Shown: positions 51,682 to 63,814 of the stretch, in pieces
Numbering within the stretch: the first letter of the stretch is position 1
Layout of the letters: every line of letters begins with the position of its first letter
Source of the DNA: Octopus bimaculoides
Taxonomy: Eukaryota
DNA: 64,000 nt
Direction of reading: 5' to 3'
NCBI RefSeq assembly: GCF_001194135.2
Contig: NC_068990.1
Location: forward strand, 61,378,231 to 61,442,230
The notes under the pieces: model-generated
The model's database searches: none
What the model saw: the letters and a program-made list of their open reading frames with translations, nothing else
What the model was told of the DNA's origin: nothing
Program-made: the position numbers and the translations under genes

Positions 51682-51684
<3 letters not shown>
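51148..51684 (-). mobile_element. ~550-bp TAA-associated retroposon, full length
   Basis: (TAT)n|TGAGTGAAAGAGCAG...GCATCAGGGCATT|(TAT)n. Confidence 0.88.
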
Positions 51685-51739
<55 letters not shown>

Positions 51740-52221
51740 TTATGTTTGACTTTTGTTTTGCATTTGTACAAGTTGGATCCAAGTCTCACCCAGAGACCTC
51801 AAGAGACAACAAGTTAGAAGTTCATGTAAGTGTTATGCCTAGGGTACCATATATTTGGATTTGTACAGTTTTGTTCAAGTGAATGTTTAAGAAACCATAA
51901 GAAAATTATGTGTTTGCTTTAAAATTTGAGATCACATAGACAGTATTTTACGTAGGATATGGGCAGTTCCCATGAGCACTATCTTTTGAACTTCAGCCAT
52001 NNNNNNNNNNNNNNNNNNNNNNNNNNNNNNNNNNNNNNNNNNNNNNNNNNNNNNNNNNNNNNNNNNNNNNNNGTTTATATCGATTGGGGCAGTCATATCA
52101 ATGAGGAGGCATGATTTTTGTCTGAAGTCTTTCAGTATGATGTCTGGCCTATTTGCGTCTATCTTTCTATCAGTTTGAATGGTGAGGTTCCAGAGGAGTG
52201 CAATGTGATCATTTTCAAGTA

Positions 52222-52222
<1 letters not shown>
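51740..52222 (-). mobile_element. R4/Dong-like RLE LINE, 5'-truncated, flanked by (TAA)n on both sides
   Basis: ILENDHIALLWNLTIQTDRKIDANRPDIILKD...LLIDMTAP...VQKIVLMGTAHILRKILSM*; 3' UTR ends CAAACATAAAA(TAA)n. Confidence 0.92.
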
Positions 52223-52281
<59 letters not shown>

Positions 52282-52753
52282 CATTATTATTATTTTGCAG
52301 TATCATTAGAGCATCATAGAAAATGCTTTGCAGCATGTTTTGGCACTTTATGTTTTGAGTTCAAGTTCTGCCGAGATCATCCTTCCAAAATTGATAAAAT
52401 AAGGTACTGACAAGTACTGGAGATAGAATAGGGTCAATGCACTCAACTTAACCCCTCCTCTTAATAATATAGGTTTTGTGCCTAAAATATTATTGTTATT
52501 GTTGTTATTATTATTGTTGTTGTTGTTGTTGTTATTGAGTTGGCAGAACTGTTAGCACCCCAGGCAAAATGCTTAGTTACATTTCATCCATCTTTACATT
52601 CTGATTTCAAATTCTGTTGAGGTTGACTTTGCTTTTCATCATTTTGGGGTTGATATAATAAGTACCAGTTGAGCACTGTGGTCAATGTAATTGACTATAC
52701 CCCGTCCCCAAAATTGCTGGCCTTGTGCTAAAATTTAAATCTATTATTATTAT

Positions 52754-53306
52754 TGAGTGAGAGAGCAGTACATGCCATCAAAGTGATACCAGGGTACAAT
52801 ATATGAAACCCAATATACCCATTGTGACTACCTGTCTCATACGGGTACACCAGGCACATACATCACAACCATATGTGCACGACATGGTGATCTCATATCA
52901 AGATTAATAGCACATGATCTTGCAGGTGGGGCCCAGTTAGAATTTTCTTCAGGTTGAGTAGCCCATCCTGCTCAAAAGGTCTTTGAATAAAGGTTACTTA
53001 AGGTTGATGAATGAAACACCCATGCTTCCAGAGGTGAATTATTCAACCCTTGAAGAATTCCTCTCAATACATTATTATGATGCTCCCCACTACTTATGCG
53101 CATGATCAGAAATGCACAGATCATCAGCCACAATTGGACATGTCCAACTGGTTAAGGTCAAGCAATTGGCAAGCAAATCTGTGGAATTGAGCAGAATATT
53201 TGCTGAAACCCATCTTTTATACCAAGACAAAACATATACATGATAACCCTTCCAATCCGTTAAGATCAAAAACCATGAGAGTTAGTGCCTGATATTTCAT
53301 CAGGGC

Positions 53307-53309
<3 letters not shown>
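52754..53309 (-). mobile_element. ~550-bp TAA-associated retroposon, full length
   Basis: (TAT)n|TGAGTGAGAGAGCAG...CATCAGGGCATT|(TAT)n; follows a Nin-SINE (ATT)n tail. Confidence 0.88.
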
Positions 53310-53366
<57 letters not shown>

Positions 53367-53994
53367 CATTAGTATTATTATTATTGTTCAGTAGTTTTAT
53401 TTTTATAACGTGCTTTCACTTCACTACCGAGCGCAGCTCTGTGTGCCTTGGGTATGTGCTGTGGTTTGCTGTGATGCTCTTATGGTTACTGTATTGAAAG
53501 TGTTTTGCACACTATTATTATTATTGTTATAATGACTGTTATAATTAAGGTGAGCTTGTAGAATTGTTAGCATGCCTAGTGAAATGTTTAGCAGTGTTTT
53601 GTCAGTCCTTACGTTCTGAGTTCAAATTCTGCTGAGGGTGATTTTACTTTCCATCTTTTCGGGGTTGATGAAATGAGTACCAGCAATGCACTGGGGTCGA
53701 TGCAATCGTTTTGACCCCTCCCCAGAAATGTCAAGCCTTGTGCTTATAGTAGAAAGGGTTATTATTATTACTTGTAATGGAAAGTGAAGGGAGATAGGGA
53801 AGTGCTGCCCACCAACAATTTTGTTCAAAGGTGAGAGAATGTGGCATGAATGTTATGAGTGCTCCTGTAGATGATGTGGTGAGGGTACATGCCCTAGTGG
53901 CCAGGGCCTCCATGGCTTTGTAGGGTTTCAATAAGCAGCCCTACGTAGTTTCCCTCTTTTAGGTAATTATTCTTTCTTAAAATTTATATTTTTG

Positions 53995-54660
53995 TGATAT
54001 TTTTAGACAAAACCCAAGCAGATTTCCAATGTAGATTATGCAAATCAAAAGAAAGCATTACTCATGTAGTAAATGAATGTAGCATGCTGCCACAGAAAGA
54101 ATACAAGAAAAGACATGATAATCTAGAGAGAGTAATACACTGGGAGTTGTGTAGAAAGCTAGGATTTGAACATACTGATAAATGGTATAAACATGAACCT
54201 AGTAAAATACTAGAAAATAAGAAGTATAAGATGTTGTGGGACTTCAACATTCAAACTGACAGAGTAATAGAAACTAGAAGGCTTGATTTGGTAGTTGTAG
54301 ATAAAGAGAATAGAAAGTACCAGATAATAGACTTTACAGTCCCGAATAATGTAAACATTAATATGAGAAGTATAGAAAAAAATAGCTAAGTACCAGGACC
54401 TAGCCATTGAATTACAGGGACTATGGAAAGTGAGGGTAAAATGTATCCCAGTAGTTATAGTTGCATTGGGAACAGATGGATAGAGGAAATAGGCATAAAA
54501 CCCAATTTAGTACAGCTCCTGAAAACAGTGTTATTAGGGACAGCTAGGATACTTAGGAGGGTTCTTGGCATCTAAGGTTACTTGTTGTAGCCCGATGTAA
54601 GGATTTTTTCTTTTCCAACAGTCTAGTCTGTTGAGTGTATATGGAAATAACAATAATAAT
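53995..54660 (+). mobile_element. R4/Dong-like RLE LINE 3' third
   Basis: CCHC knuckle CRLC-x7-H-x4-C, YKKRHDN, LWDFNIQTD, RRLDLVVVD, IIDFTVP, then after a frameshift KYQDLAIEL...LLKTVLLGTARILRRVLGI* (stop 54573-75), 3' UTR, TAA tail. Confidence 0.93.
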
Positions 54661-55064
54661 AAAACATTATTATTATTATTATTGCTGTTGTTGCTAAGGT
54701 GGTGAACTGGCAGAATTGTTAGCATGCTGGGTGAAATGCTTAGTAGTATTTCGTCTGTCTTCATGTTCTGAGTTCAAATTCTGCCAAGGTCAACTTTGCT
54801 TTCATCCTTCCGAGGTCGATATTATTACATTGACCATAAAGGCATGCTCAAACTGGGATGTGGTTTAAAATTCTTTTTGTTTTCTGTATAAAAGACAATC
54901 TATTTCTTTTTCGTGAATTTTTTTTTCCCATTTTGCTCATTTTGCTCCAGCAATTGAGATTTATCAAGTTTAATAATATTCACTGGGGTCAAATCTAACC
55001 CACACAGGGAATGAAAAGAGTGTTTAATTGAATTAAACACAAACAGAGAGAGAGAGATGTAGGA

Positions 55065-55140
55065 AAGAGAGAAGAGAGTGGGAGAGGAAGAGAGAAGAGA
55101 GTGGGAGAGGAAGAGAGAAGAGAGTGGGAGAGGAAGAGAG
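55065..55140. repeat. 23-bp minisatellite x3
   Basis: GAGAAGAGAGTGGGAGAGGAAGA tandem units. Confidence 0.9.
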
Positions 55141-55518
55141 AGAGAGAAAGAGGCAAAAAGATGACTGTGTCAAGCATCTGCTTAACAAATAACATAGTGT
55201 TGTTTCTATGACAACGGCAGATGATGCCAGAAAAAAAAAGAGTACAAAAAATGGCTGTCATTTGCTTCAAATCAACTCACTGATTCTGAAGGAAAAGTCA
55301 ACAACAACAACAACAACAACAACTATAATTACAACAGAAGCAACAACAACAACGACACCAACAACAATGGGAAAGGTAAGAAGACAAATGAAAATTTATT
55401 CAACTTCAACAAAGATTTCCCACGTTTGACACCTTCCGAGTGAAGTAACAACATTGGCAGAGCAATCAACAAGAACAAATGGCAGCAGCATATTGGGGAC
55501 ATCAGTGGATGAATTTCT

Positions 55519-55936
55519 CCACCACTACCACCACCACTGACACCACAACTACAACCACCATCACAACCAACATCACTGTTGCCACCACCACTACCACCAC
55601 CACCACTGCCGCCGCCGCCGCCACCACAGCCACCACCAGTGACACCACAACCACTACCACCACCACCACCACCACTACCACCACTAAGACCACTACCACC
55701 ACTACCACCACCACCACTGCCNNNNNNNNNNNNNNNNNNNNNNNNNNNNNNNNNNNNNNNNNNNNNNNNNNNNNNNNNNNNNNNNNNNNNNNNNNNNNNN
55801 NNNNNNNNNNNNNNNNNNNNNNNNNNNNNNNNNNNNNNNNNNNNNNNNNNNNNNNNNNNNNNNNNNNNNNNCACCACCACCACCACCACCACCACTGCAA
55901 CCACCACCACCACCACTGCAACCACCACCACCACTG
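55519..55936. repeat. (ACC)n degenerate trinucleotide tract spanning a gap
   Basis: Source of the Thr/Pro/His/Gly/Val-rich ORFs. Confidence 0.95.
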
Positions 55937-56362
55937 GTAACTGTTTACACAGCAGCACAAGGCAGCAGCAGTATCATCATTGAGAACACTATCCAGACCA
56001 CAGCTACAACCACAACAATATCAATTTCTACTAAATACAACAAACATTCCTCCAACAGTTCAGTTTATACCAATAAACAGCAAATCATTAACAGGGGTTC
56101 TTTGATATTGAATAATGAGACTGCTGATGTGCAATTTTTATCTAATAATGGTCTTAAATTTTGACACAAGGCCAGCAATTTTGGGGGTGGAGTAAGTCGA
56201 TTACATCGACCCCAGTACTTAACTGGTATTTATTTTATCGACCTCAAAAAGATTAAAGGCAAAGTCAACTTCAGCAGAATTTGAACTCGGAACACAAAAA
56301 TGGATGGTTTGCCACTAAGCATTTACCAGCATGTTAACAAATCTGCCTGCTTGCTGTGTTAA

Positions 56363-56971
56363 TCCTTTAGTATTTAAACTGGCCTTATCTGACCAAAATA
56401 TTCTACCAACTTAACGTTCACAGCAGCCAGATCTAGCCTCTCACACCTATTTTAATATCATTCTTCTAAAAATAAACAATAGGTGCAGGAGTGGCTGTGT
56501 GGTAAGTAGCTTGCTTACCAACCACATGGTTCCAGGTTCAGTCCCACTGTTTGGCACCTTGGGCAAGTGTCTTCTACTGTAGCCTCGGGCCGACCAAAGC
56601 CTTGTGAGTGGATTTGGTAGACGGAAACTGAAAGAAGCCCATCGTATATATGTATATATATGTGTGTGTTTGTCCCCCCCCCAACATCGCTTGACAACCG
56701 ATGCTGGTGTGTTTACGTCCCGTAACCTAGCAGTTCGGCAAAAGAGACCGATAGAATAAGTACTAGGCTTACAAAGAATAAGTCCTTGGGTCGATTTACT
56801 CGAGTAAAGGTGGTGCTCCAGCATGGCTGCAGTCAAATGACTGAAACAAGTAAAAATAAAAAAAAAATCACATCATCAAAATCTTGAAGCTACAAGATAG
56901 CGCATGATTAATTCTAAACAATGTGAATAAATAAGCTTTATGTATGACAGAGTAATCTCAATGCAAAAGGG
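56363..56971. mobile_element. piggyBac-type MITE split by a SINE insertion
   Basis: TTAA|TCCTTTAG.. to 56480, resumes ~56866 to ..GCAAAAGGG|TTTAA. Confidence 0.8.
56482..56860 (+). mobile_element. Full-length OK-like tRNA-derived SINE
   Basis: A box TGGCTGTGTGG, B box GGTTCAGTCC, complete body and A-rich tail. Confidence 0.93.
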
Positions 56972-57168
56972 TTTAAGTGTTAGATAATATTAGCAGATAG
57001 ACTGTAAGTTATAGATATATCAATGCAAAAACTGGTTGTGTTATAAATTTATCAAATTGACAGTCTGAAAATGCTAAAGAAGGAGGATATGAAATCACAA
57101 AACTTTTGACTTTCATGGCATGTATTTTGGAAAAAGAGATTTGAACTTATTATGTTGCCCCTCTAAAG

Positions 57169-57505
57169 TAGGGGTTCATATGGTCTCTGTGGGTCCATAT
57201 AATATTTTTGGAAGTCCACGCAACAAGAGAGTGAATTGGGGATACAAAATAATATTTTAAGGGACCTTGGAAAGACTTAGATGTGTGTACTTGTATTGCA
57301 AAAAATAAAAAAAGAACAGCTAGTTTTCCTATAACATTTTACATTAGTTCAAACTACATAAGTTAATGTGTGAAAAACAAAATAGGAATTTTGAAACAAG
57401 TATCTATAAAACTAGTTTTTAAACATTGAATGGCTATAGGGGTTCACCTGAACAAAATAGTAATTAAAGGGGTCCATAGATAAAAAAAATGGCTGAGAAC
57501 CCCTG
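57169..57505. mobile_element. hAT/Charlie MITE with perfect 8-bp TSD
   Basis: CTCTAAAG|TAGGGGTTCA ... GGCTGAGAACCCCTG|CTCTAAAG. Confidence 0.92.
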
Positions 57506-57749
57506 CTCTAAAGGATGAGGAAATTTTGCTACTTCCTTCCTACATTGGGAAAAGACTGGTGAAGATGAAGGGAAAAATATTCTGCTAAAAATAAACATGG
57601 TGTTTGATAGCCACCATAATAGGAAGATGAGATGAGTATCTTACAAAAAATTCACAAGGAGAGTGGATGGTCAGATACTAATAAGCATATGACATGAATA
57701 CAACCTGAAAATATTGAGAAAATACCAGACTTCCTCATAATTTCAAATG

Positions 57750-60340
57750 GGGTGCAGTTGTCAGTAGAGGTGAATGGTAGAATTTATGATCCCATGTATG
57801 TGAAATAAGGCCTTGCACTGAAAAACAAAGGGAAAATGGCTGACTGGTGGGTTTCAGTGGTGGAGGTGCAATATGACAACAAAACCACAATTTAGGTCTT
57901 TGACAGATTAAGATAGGTGTTTGTTTACTCAGTTTCAAGCAGCTTTCCAACAACATTTCGCTCAACTATTCAAGGTAAGCAATAAGTCAGAGATGATAAT
58001 GGACTTTAGTGTTTACCTTGATGGTTTGCTGGGGATATTAATAGATGTGATGAGTTCAAAAAGCTGATAACAACAACAGAAGTATGGGTGGTGATGAGCA
58101 ATTGCACAAGGGGGAAAATTGCTGGGTTTGGATAGTCTGCCCTTCAAATTCATTCCAGACTTGTTTGGTGATCTCTTGGGAGATGTCAGTCACAACTGAC
58201 AGCAGAATGGGAGAATTTCCTGTTCTGAGTCAGGAAAGTGTAAGCTGTCAAGAAAGGTGGCCACATGGACAATTTTAGAACCAAAACTTAACCAAACACA
58301 GTGTTTAAGATTTTTGGCCAAGGTGTCAGAGAAAAGATTGGTCCTTGTCAATGATCTGGTCAGGGAAGTGTGCACCTAGTTCGTCTATGGCAAATTACAT
58401 CTTATAGGATATATTTAGAGTGGTTTGGGTACAATGCTAGCTGTAGTGAAGCCTGATCAACAGGGATCAGTCAAAAAACTTTTAACAAGGACAAATATTG
58501 TTAACCCTGTGTGTGTAAGGGAAGCAGGGTTATTGTAGTTGCTCATCTTTGTCTGTTTGTCTGTGCAAAATTACTGGAAAACAGTTGAATAGATTTTTGC
58601 CAAATTTGGTAGAAATACTCATTGGGTAAGTGGCTCGAACTTATTAAATTTTGGTATGATTATCTTCAAAACTGGTTGACAGGTGAATCAAAACGTTTTT
58701 TTTTTCTTTGTTACATATGCATAAACAATAACACTTGATGTTATATTTTGAAATATGAATTTGTCTGAGAATATATTTATTAGATTAAATTTTATTTCAT
58801 TCTTTTGTGCATGCAGGGTATGCATCATCCCTTCAATGCCTTTTTTTCTCATTTACTAAGAAGCTGTTCTAAAAGTGGTTGAATTCAGATCCCTTTTCAG
58901 AGGCTGGATTGCCGAATTTCCTCAATGTGTGATGATACTGATAAGGACCACCTGTTCTCACCTCCTCTGTTCATGCTGGCTCTTGAACCACAGCTACATT
59001 TGTTGGAACAGTTGAGAGGCATTCCATTTGAACTGGGACTAGGGAGGCCATGCTGGTGTTTGCAGATGTCACCAGCATGCCACTGAAATGGAAGTGGTTG
59101 GTACCATTCTAGACAAAGATGTGATAGCTGCAGGGTTAAGACCAACCTGGCAAAGCTCTGCACCTAGTGAAATGAGTTCATGCCAGTGGACAGCATCACA
59201 AGATGCTAGCCTAATCAACTGGTTAAATTGCTTTGGGTTTGCTTTGGTCCAGACTTTCAAGTAAGCTGGAACTAGGGCATGATAATGAGAAAGGTGGCCA
59301 ATCGTACCCAGTAATGGGCCGAATAGAAGTTTTCTTGAAAAGTTGGTTAGAGATGGCAAATGGTTAAATTGCTTCTATATTGCTTATTTACTGACCATTG
59401 TGTCTTGCCTTGATTACCGCACAATCAAACTGGAGCGTTTGCTATTTGATTTCCTGATGAAGGAATGAATTTCACTGGTCAGGCAGTTATCTGCTGCCAG
59501 CACTCATTGCATTGGCAGGTTAGACATTCCTTCGGTAGCTGAAGTGCAGACATGCACCAAGGCTGTGATACCTGCAGTGACTCCATGATGGTGTTCAGAT
59601 GCCAGCAACATCCATAAGGTACATCTCACAGTTTGTCCCCTTGATGGAGCTATAGTCTTAGATGAAGCAGAGCAACATTAGGTGACTGACATCTAAAATA
59701 TCATTAGGCTCTACAAATATCAATACCTCTTACAAGTCAAGCAACTGGGTTGAAGGATATTCCATTGTAGCAGCAATGTTTAGAGGGTTAGTGTTGGGAG
59801 GAGAGAGTGACGACATTCTTGGGGAAACTCTATGTTGTGGCAAAATTAACTGGATAGTCTGTTCTGAAAAACTTTTGGATTGGTGATTACAGTGTATAAC
59901 CTCCAGATGTTCTTGTCCTGGCAGTGCTAATGAGGAGCTCTACTTGTATGAGACAAACAGAAGTGTCATTAGATAGATCTGTCAAAGATTTACACAGAGT
60001 AATGAGACCATTTCACATGCAGTCTTTCAGTGTTCAAGCATTGAAGACTTGTGGAATTATGTCAAACAGCTACTGTCACAGGTGCGATGGACCCAACTAT
60101 CAGTTGAATCTATTGCAAGGATTGCCCTGCCAATATCCTTCAAGCAGAAGTCAGTTTTCCCTTGTCTTGTGGGCTATCTGTGGGTTGGATAATACTGAAA
60201 GATCTGAGGACAAAATATACCACATTGATTTTTTATGTTTCACTTAAAAAGAAAAGTAAATATGAAGAAAGGGATATTGTACTTGAGTGAATTTATTGAA
60301 TAAGTGAGAGTGTCAAAAATGGAGAGTGTCTCCAAAAAAA
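57750..60340 (+). mobile_element. L1/Tx1-clade LINE ORF2 relic (RT and CCHC), interrupted
   Basis: Remnants of GLDSLPF, IPDLFGDLL, DNFR, FKILAKV, LFSPPLFMLALEP, VFADVT (YADD-like) and SNETISHAVFQC..LW (zf-RVT); heavily frameshifted. The 5' boundary is uncertain. Confidence 0.75.
58501..58840 (+). mobile_element. Helentron-associated HINE/DINE-1-like element inside the L1
   Basis: 5' hairpin AACCCTG..CAGGGTT, GTCTGTTTGTCTGT microsatellite, 3' subTIR GCAGGGTAT, small GCAT/ATGC stem, T-rich flank. Confidence 0.6.
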
Positions 60341-60506
60341 GTAATTACTCAGTGTAGCCCTTGTAAATTGCAAAATAACAGTTAGAGAGGGCATTTGTTC
60401 TCATTCAGAATGAACTGGGACCTGTGAGGTTCTTTCATTGGCTCTGGATGGAGGGGCCCCCTGTATCATGGAGACTGCATCATCTTTGATTATTTGTATA
60501 CCATAA

Positions 60507-60719
60507 GGCGGCGAGCTCACAGAATAGTTAGCATGCTGGGCAAAATGCTTAGTGGCATTTCGTCCGCCTTTATGTTCTGAGTTCAAGTTCTTCCAAGGTC
60601 AAATTTGCCTTTTATCCTTTTGAGGTTGATGAAATAAGTACCAGTGAAACACTGAAGTCAATGCAATCGACATACCCCCTCTCCCACAATTTCAGGCCTT
60701 GTGCCTTTAGTAGAAAGGC
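60507..60719 (+). mobile_element. Nin-SINE with 17-bp TSD
   Basis: TTATTTGTATACCATAA at 60490-60506 and 60720-60736; a second Nin-SINE starts at 60737. Confidence 0.9.
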
Positions 60720-61963
60720 TTATTTGTATACCATAAAGCAATAAGCCGACAGAATTGTTAGCATGCTGGTCAAGATGCTTAGTGGCAATTCATCCATCTT
60801 CACATTCTGAGTTCAAATACCATCAGAGTCAACTTTGCCTTTCCTTTTGAGGTGAATAAAATTAGTACCAGTTGAGTACTGGAGCTGATGTATTCAGCTT
60901 ACCCCCTCCCCTGTAATGTGAAGGCATATGGTTTAGCGGTTAGGTGTTGGACTCATGATTGCAAGATTATTGTTTTGATTTCTGAACTTGGTAACATATT
61001 GTATTCTTGAGCAAAACACTTCATTTCACATTGCTCCAGTCCACTCAGCTGGCAAAACTTAGTAATCCTGCAATGGACTGGCATCCCATCCAGGTGGGGA
61101 ATTTATGCATCGTGGAAACCAAGAGACTGGCCCTTATGATTCGGCATGACTCAAGAAATTAACTTTACCTTTACCTCAACTACAGTTGCTGGCTTTGTGC
61201 CAAAGTTTGAAGCCATAAGGCTGTGAGTCAGCAGAATTGTTAGCATGCCAGACAAAATGCTCAGCAGCATTTAGCCTGTCTTATGTCCTGAGTTCAAACT
61301 CTTCCATGGTCGACTTTACCTTCCATCATTTTGGGGTCAGTGACATAAGTATCAAATGAGCACTGGGGGTTGAACTAATCTATTAGCTCTCTCCACCAAA
61401 ATTTCAGGTTTTGTGCCTATAACAGAAAGGATTTATTTCTAAACAATGTTTATTTGTAGTTCATTTTTTTTTTCCATTTCCTTGTTCAAATTGTTTTATG
61501 TAACTGCCCACATATTATATATGTCTTTGTGATTGTTTCTCTCATCCATGGTCCTAGTGGCATACAAGAGTAATCATCGTCATCATCATCATCATCAACG
61601 TTACAATCATCACCACCATCCTCCTCCTCCTCCTCCTCATCGAAAGACAGCAGGTTATTAAATTCATCATTTATTTCTTTGCTTTTTCTTACTATATCGC
61701 CAAACAATGATGGAAGAGATGTACTACATGTTCTTAACTACTTCAGATGAACTCTTTATGTGCGTGTGTGTGTATGCATGTGTATATGTATGTATGTATG
61801 TATGTATGTATATATGTATGTATGTATGTATGTGTGTATGTATGTATGTATGTATATATATATATATATATATGTATGTATATGTATGTATNNNNNNNNN
61901 NATGTGTGTATATATACACACATACACATATGTATATATGTATACATACATAGATATACATAC

Positions 61964-62004
<41 letters not shown>

Positions 62005-63335
62005 CATACACACACACACACACACTCACACACACACACACTCACACACACATATCATTGCCATCATCATCATTTTTATCATCATCTTTTAACATCCGTT
62101 TTACATGCTGGCATATATATATATGCGTGTGTGTTTGTTTGTGTATTAATGTATATGTATATATGCATGTATATATATATATATATTGGCGTTAGGAAGG
62201 GCATCCAGCTGTAGAAACTCTGCCAAATCAGACTGGAGCCTGGTGTTGCCATCNNNNNNNNNNTATATATATATATATATATATATATATCAAGCAACCA
62301 CCCATTGCAGTATACGTTGTTTTCAGATTCTAAATCACACTGCCATACAGTATAACACTCACTCTTATGCAGTACTACAAACAGTGAATCAATGAATGTC
62401 TCAATAGATTTCCTACAAATCATGCCCTCAATCATAGCTCCATAAATAAGCCATGACATTCTTTATAGTATAGCCCTATTTTCTTCATATTAATTCCTGC
62501 TCTGTTTACATAATTTAGGTCAGATGCCAATGACTCAGTTTTGATTTTCGATAAGAACTATATCATATTTTTAATAAATGTATCAGCAGACAGTAAGTAA
62601 CCTCATTAGATATTTCGTTCCAAACATTTTCCAAATGGAAAAATCTATGGTTCACTGCAGAGTTCAAAGATATAAATTTAGTTGGGTGGCCAATATTGGT
62701 CTAAGCTATGTTTAACGTGATAAGCTTCCAGATGTGGAAGTAAAGAAAAGATAAACATTTATAAAGCAGAATAAATAAATATTGAGACAATGTAGAAAGT
62801 TCCTTAGCTTCTTTGACCCCTATATGGGATGAAGACACTCTAAATACGAAAAATAACATCTGATGTGATAGGCAGAATGTACTCCCTGCCAAAAAAACCT
62901 TAGGCCAATACCTAATATTTTTAAGGAACAAAGCAGTGAGCTGGCAGAATCGTTAGCATGCTGGGCAGAATGCTTAGTGGCATCTTGTCCATCTTTATAT
63001 TCTGAGTTTAAATTCTGCCAAAATTCACTTTGCTTTTCATCAATTCAGGGTTGATAAAATAAGTACCAGTTGTGCACTGGGGTCGATGTAATCGACTTAG
63101 CCCCTTTCCCAAACCTGCTAGCCTTATGCCAAAATCTGAAATCAATATTTCTGAGGAACGTTGGTTCCATAAGTTTTTTTTTTTTTTTGTGTGTGTTTAG
63201 AATTTTAGGGAACAGAATTCAGAGTAAGAATGACCATGTGGTTAAAAAGTTCTCAAGTTTCTTCTCACAATCCTGCTTGTGAGATTTAGTTGACAGAAAC
63301 TGTATACACAGTGTTCTGTATACAGTCGTGGTGCA

Positions 63336-63706
63336 ATGCTACAGAATTACTTCATTCCTAAGCTTGAGCAATTAGAACTATTTTGCAACAAAATAGAGAT
63401 TACACTTTGCTCTGCAAGTTAAGCAGTTTCTAAATGAGAAATTCCCTAACAGATGGATTGGGAGATGTGGGGCATTACTTTGGCCTTCCATTTTCACCAG
63501 ATTTGACTCCATTGGATTTCTTTTTATAGGGAAATGTGAAAAGTACTGTTTATTTCACTAAGCCTCGATCATTACAAGACTTGAAAGCAAGGATAATTGA
63601 TGTGATTGAAGGTGTTACTGAAAATCAGTTGGAAAATGTTTTCCGGGACCTAGAGAAATGTATTTCTCTTTGTATTAGAAATGATGATGGACATGTTGAA
63701 AATTAA
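63336..63706 (+). pseudogene. Tc1/mariner transposase C-terminal relic (DD37D/DD41D-like)
   Basis: MLQNYFIPKL...FPNRWIGRCG...SPDLTPLDFFL*GNVKSTVY...SLQDLKARI...CIRNDDGHVEN*. Confidence 0.85.
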
Positions 63707-63814
63707 CAAGATAAATAAAAATTTAGGCCATTCTTCTTTCTTATTCCTTTTACAGATTAATTCTGGGAATATACTTAAGGGCCTATACCTTCACAGAAGT
63801 ATGAACCATCCTCT

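Noticed and set aside
282-62195. Dozens of ORF-track entries (YIYI, HTHT, CVCV, poly-I/N/L/T/P/D)
   Set aside because: Translations of di-, tri- and tetranucleotide microsatellites and N-gaps; no coding complexity.
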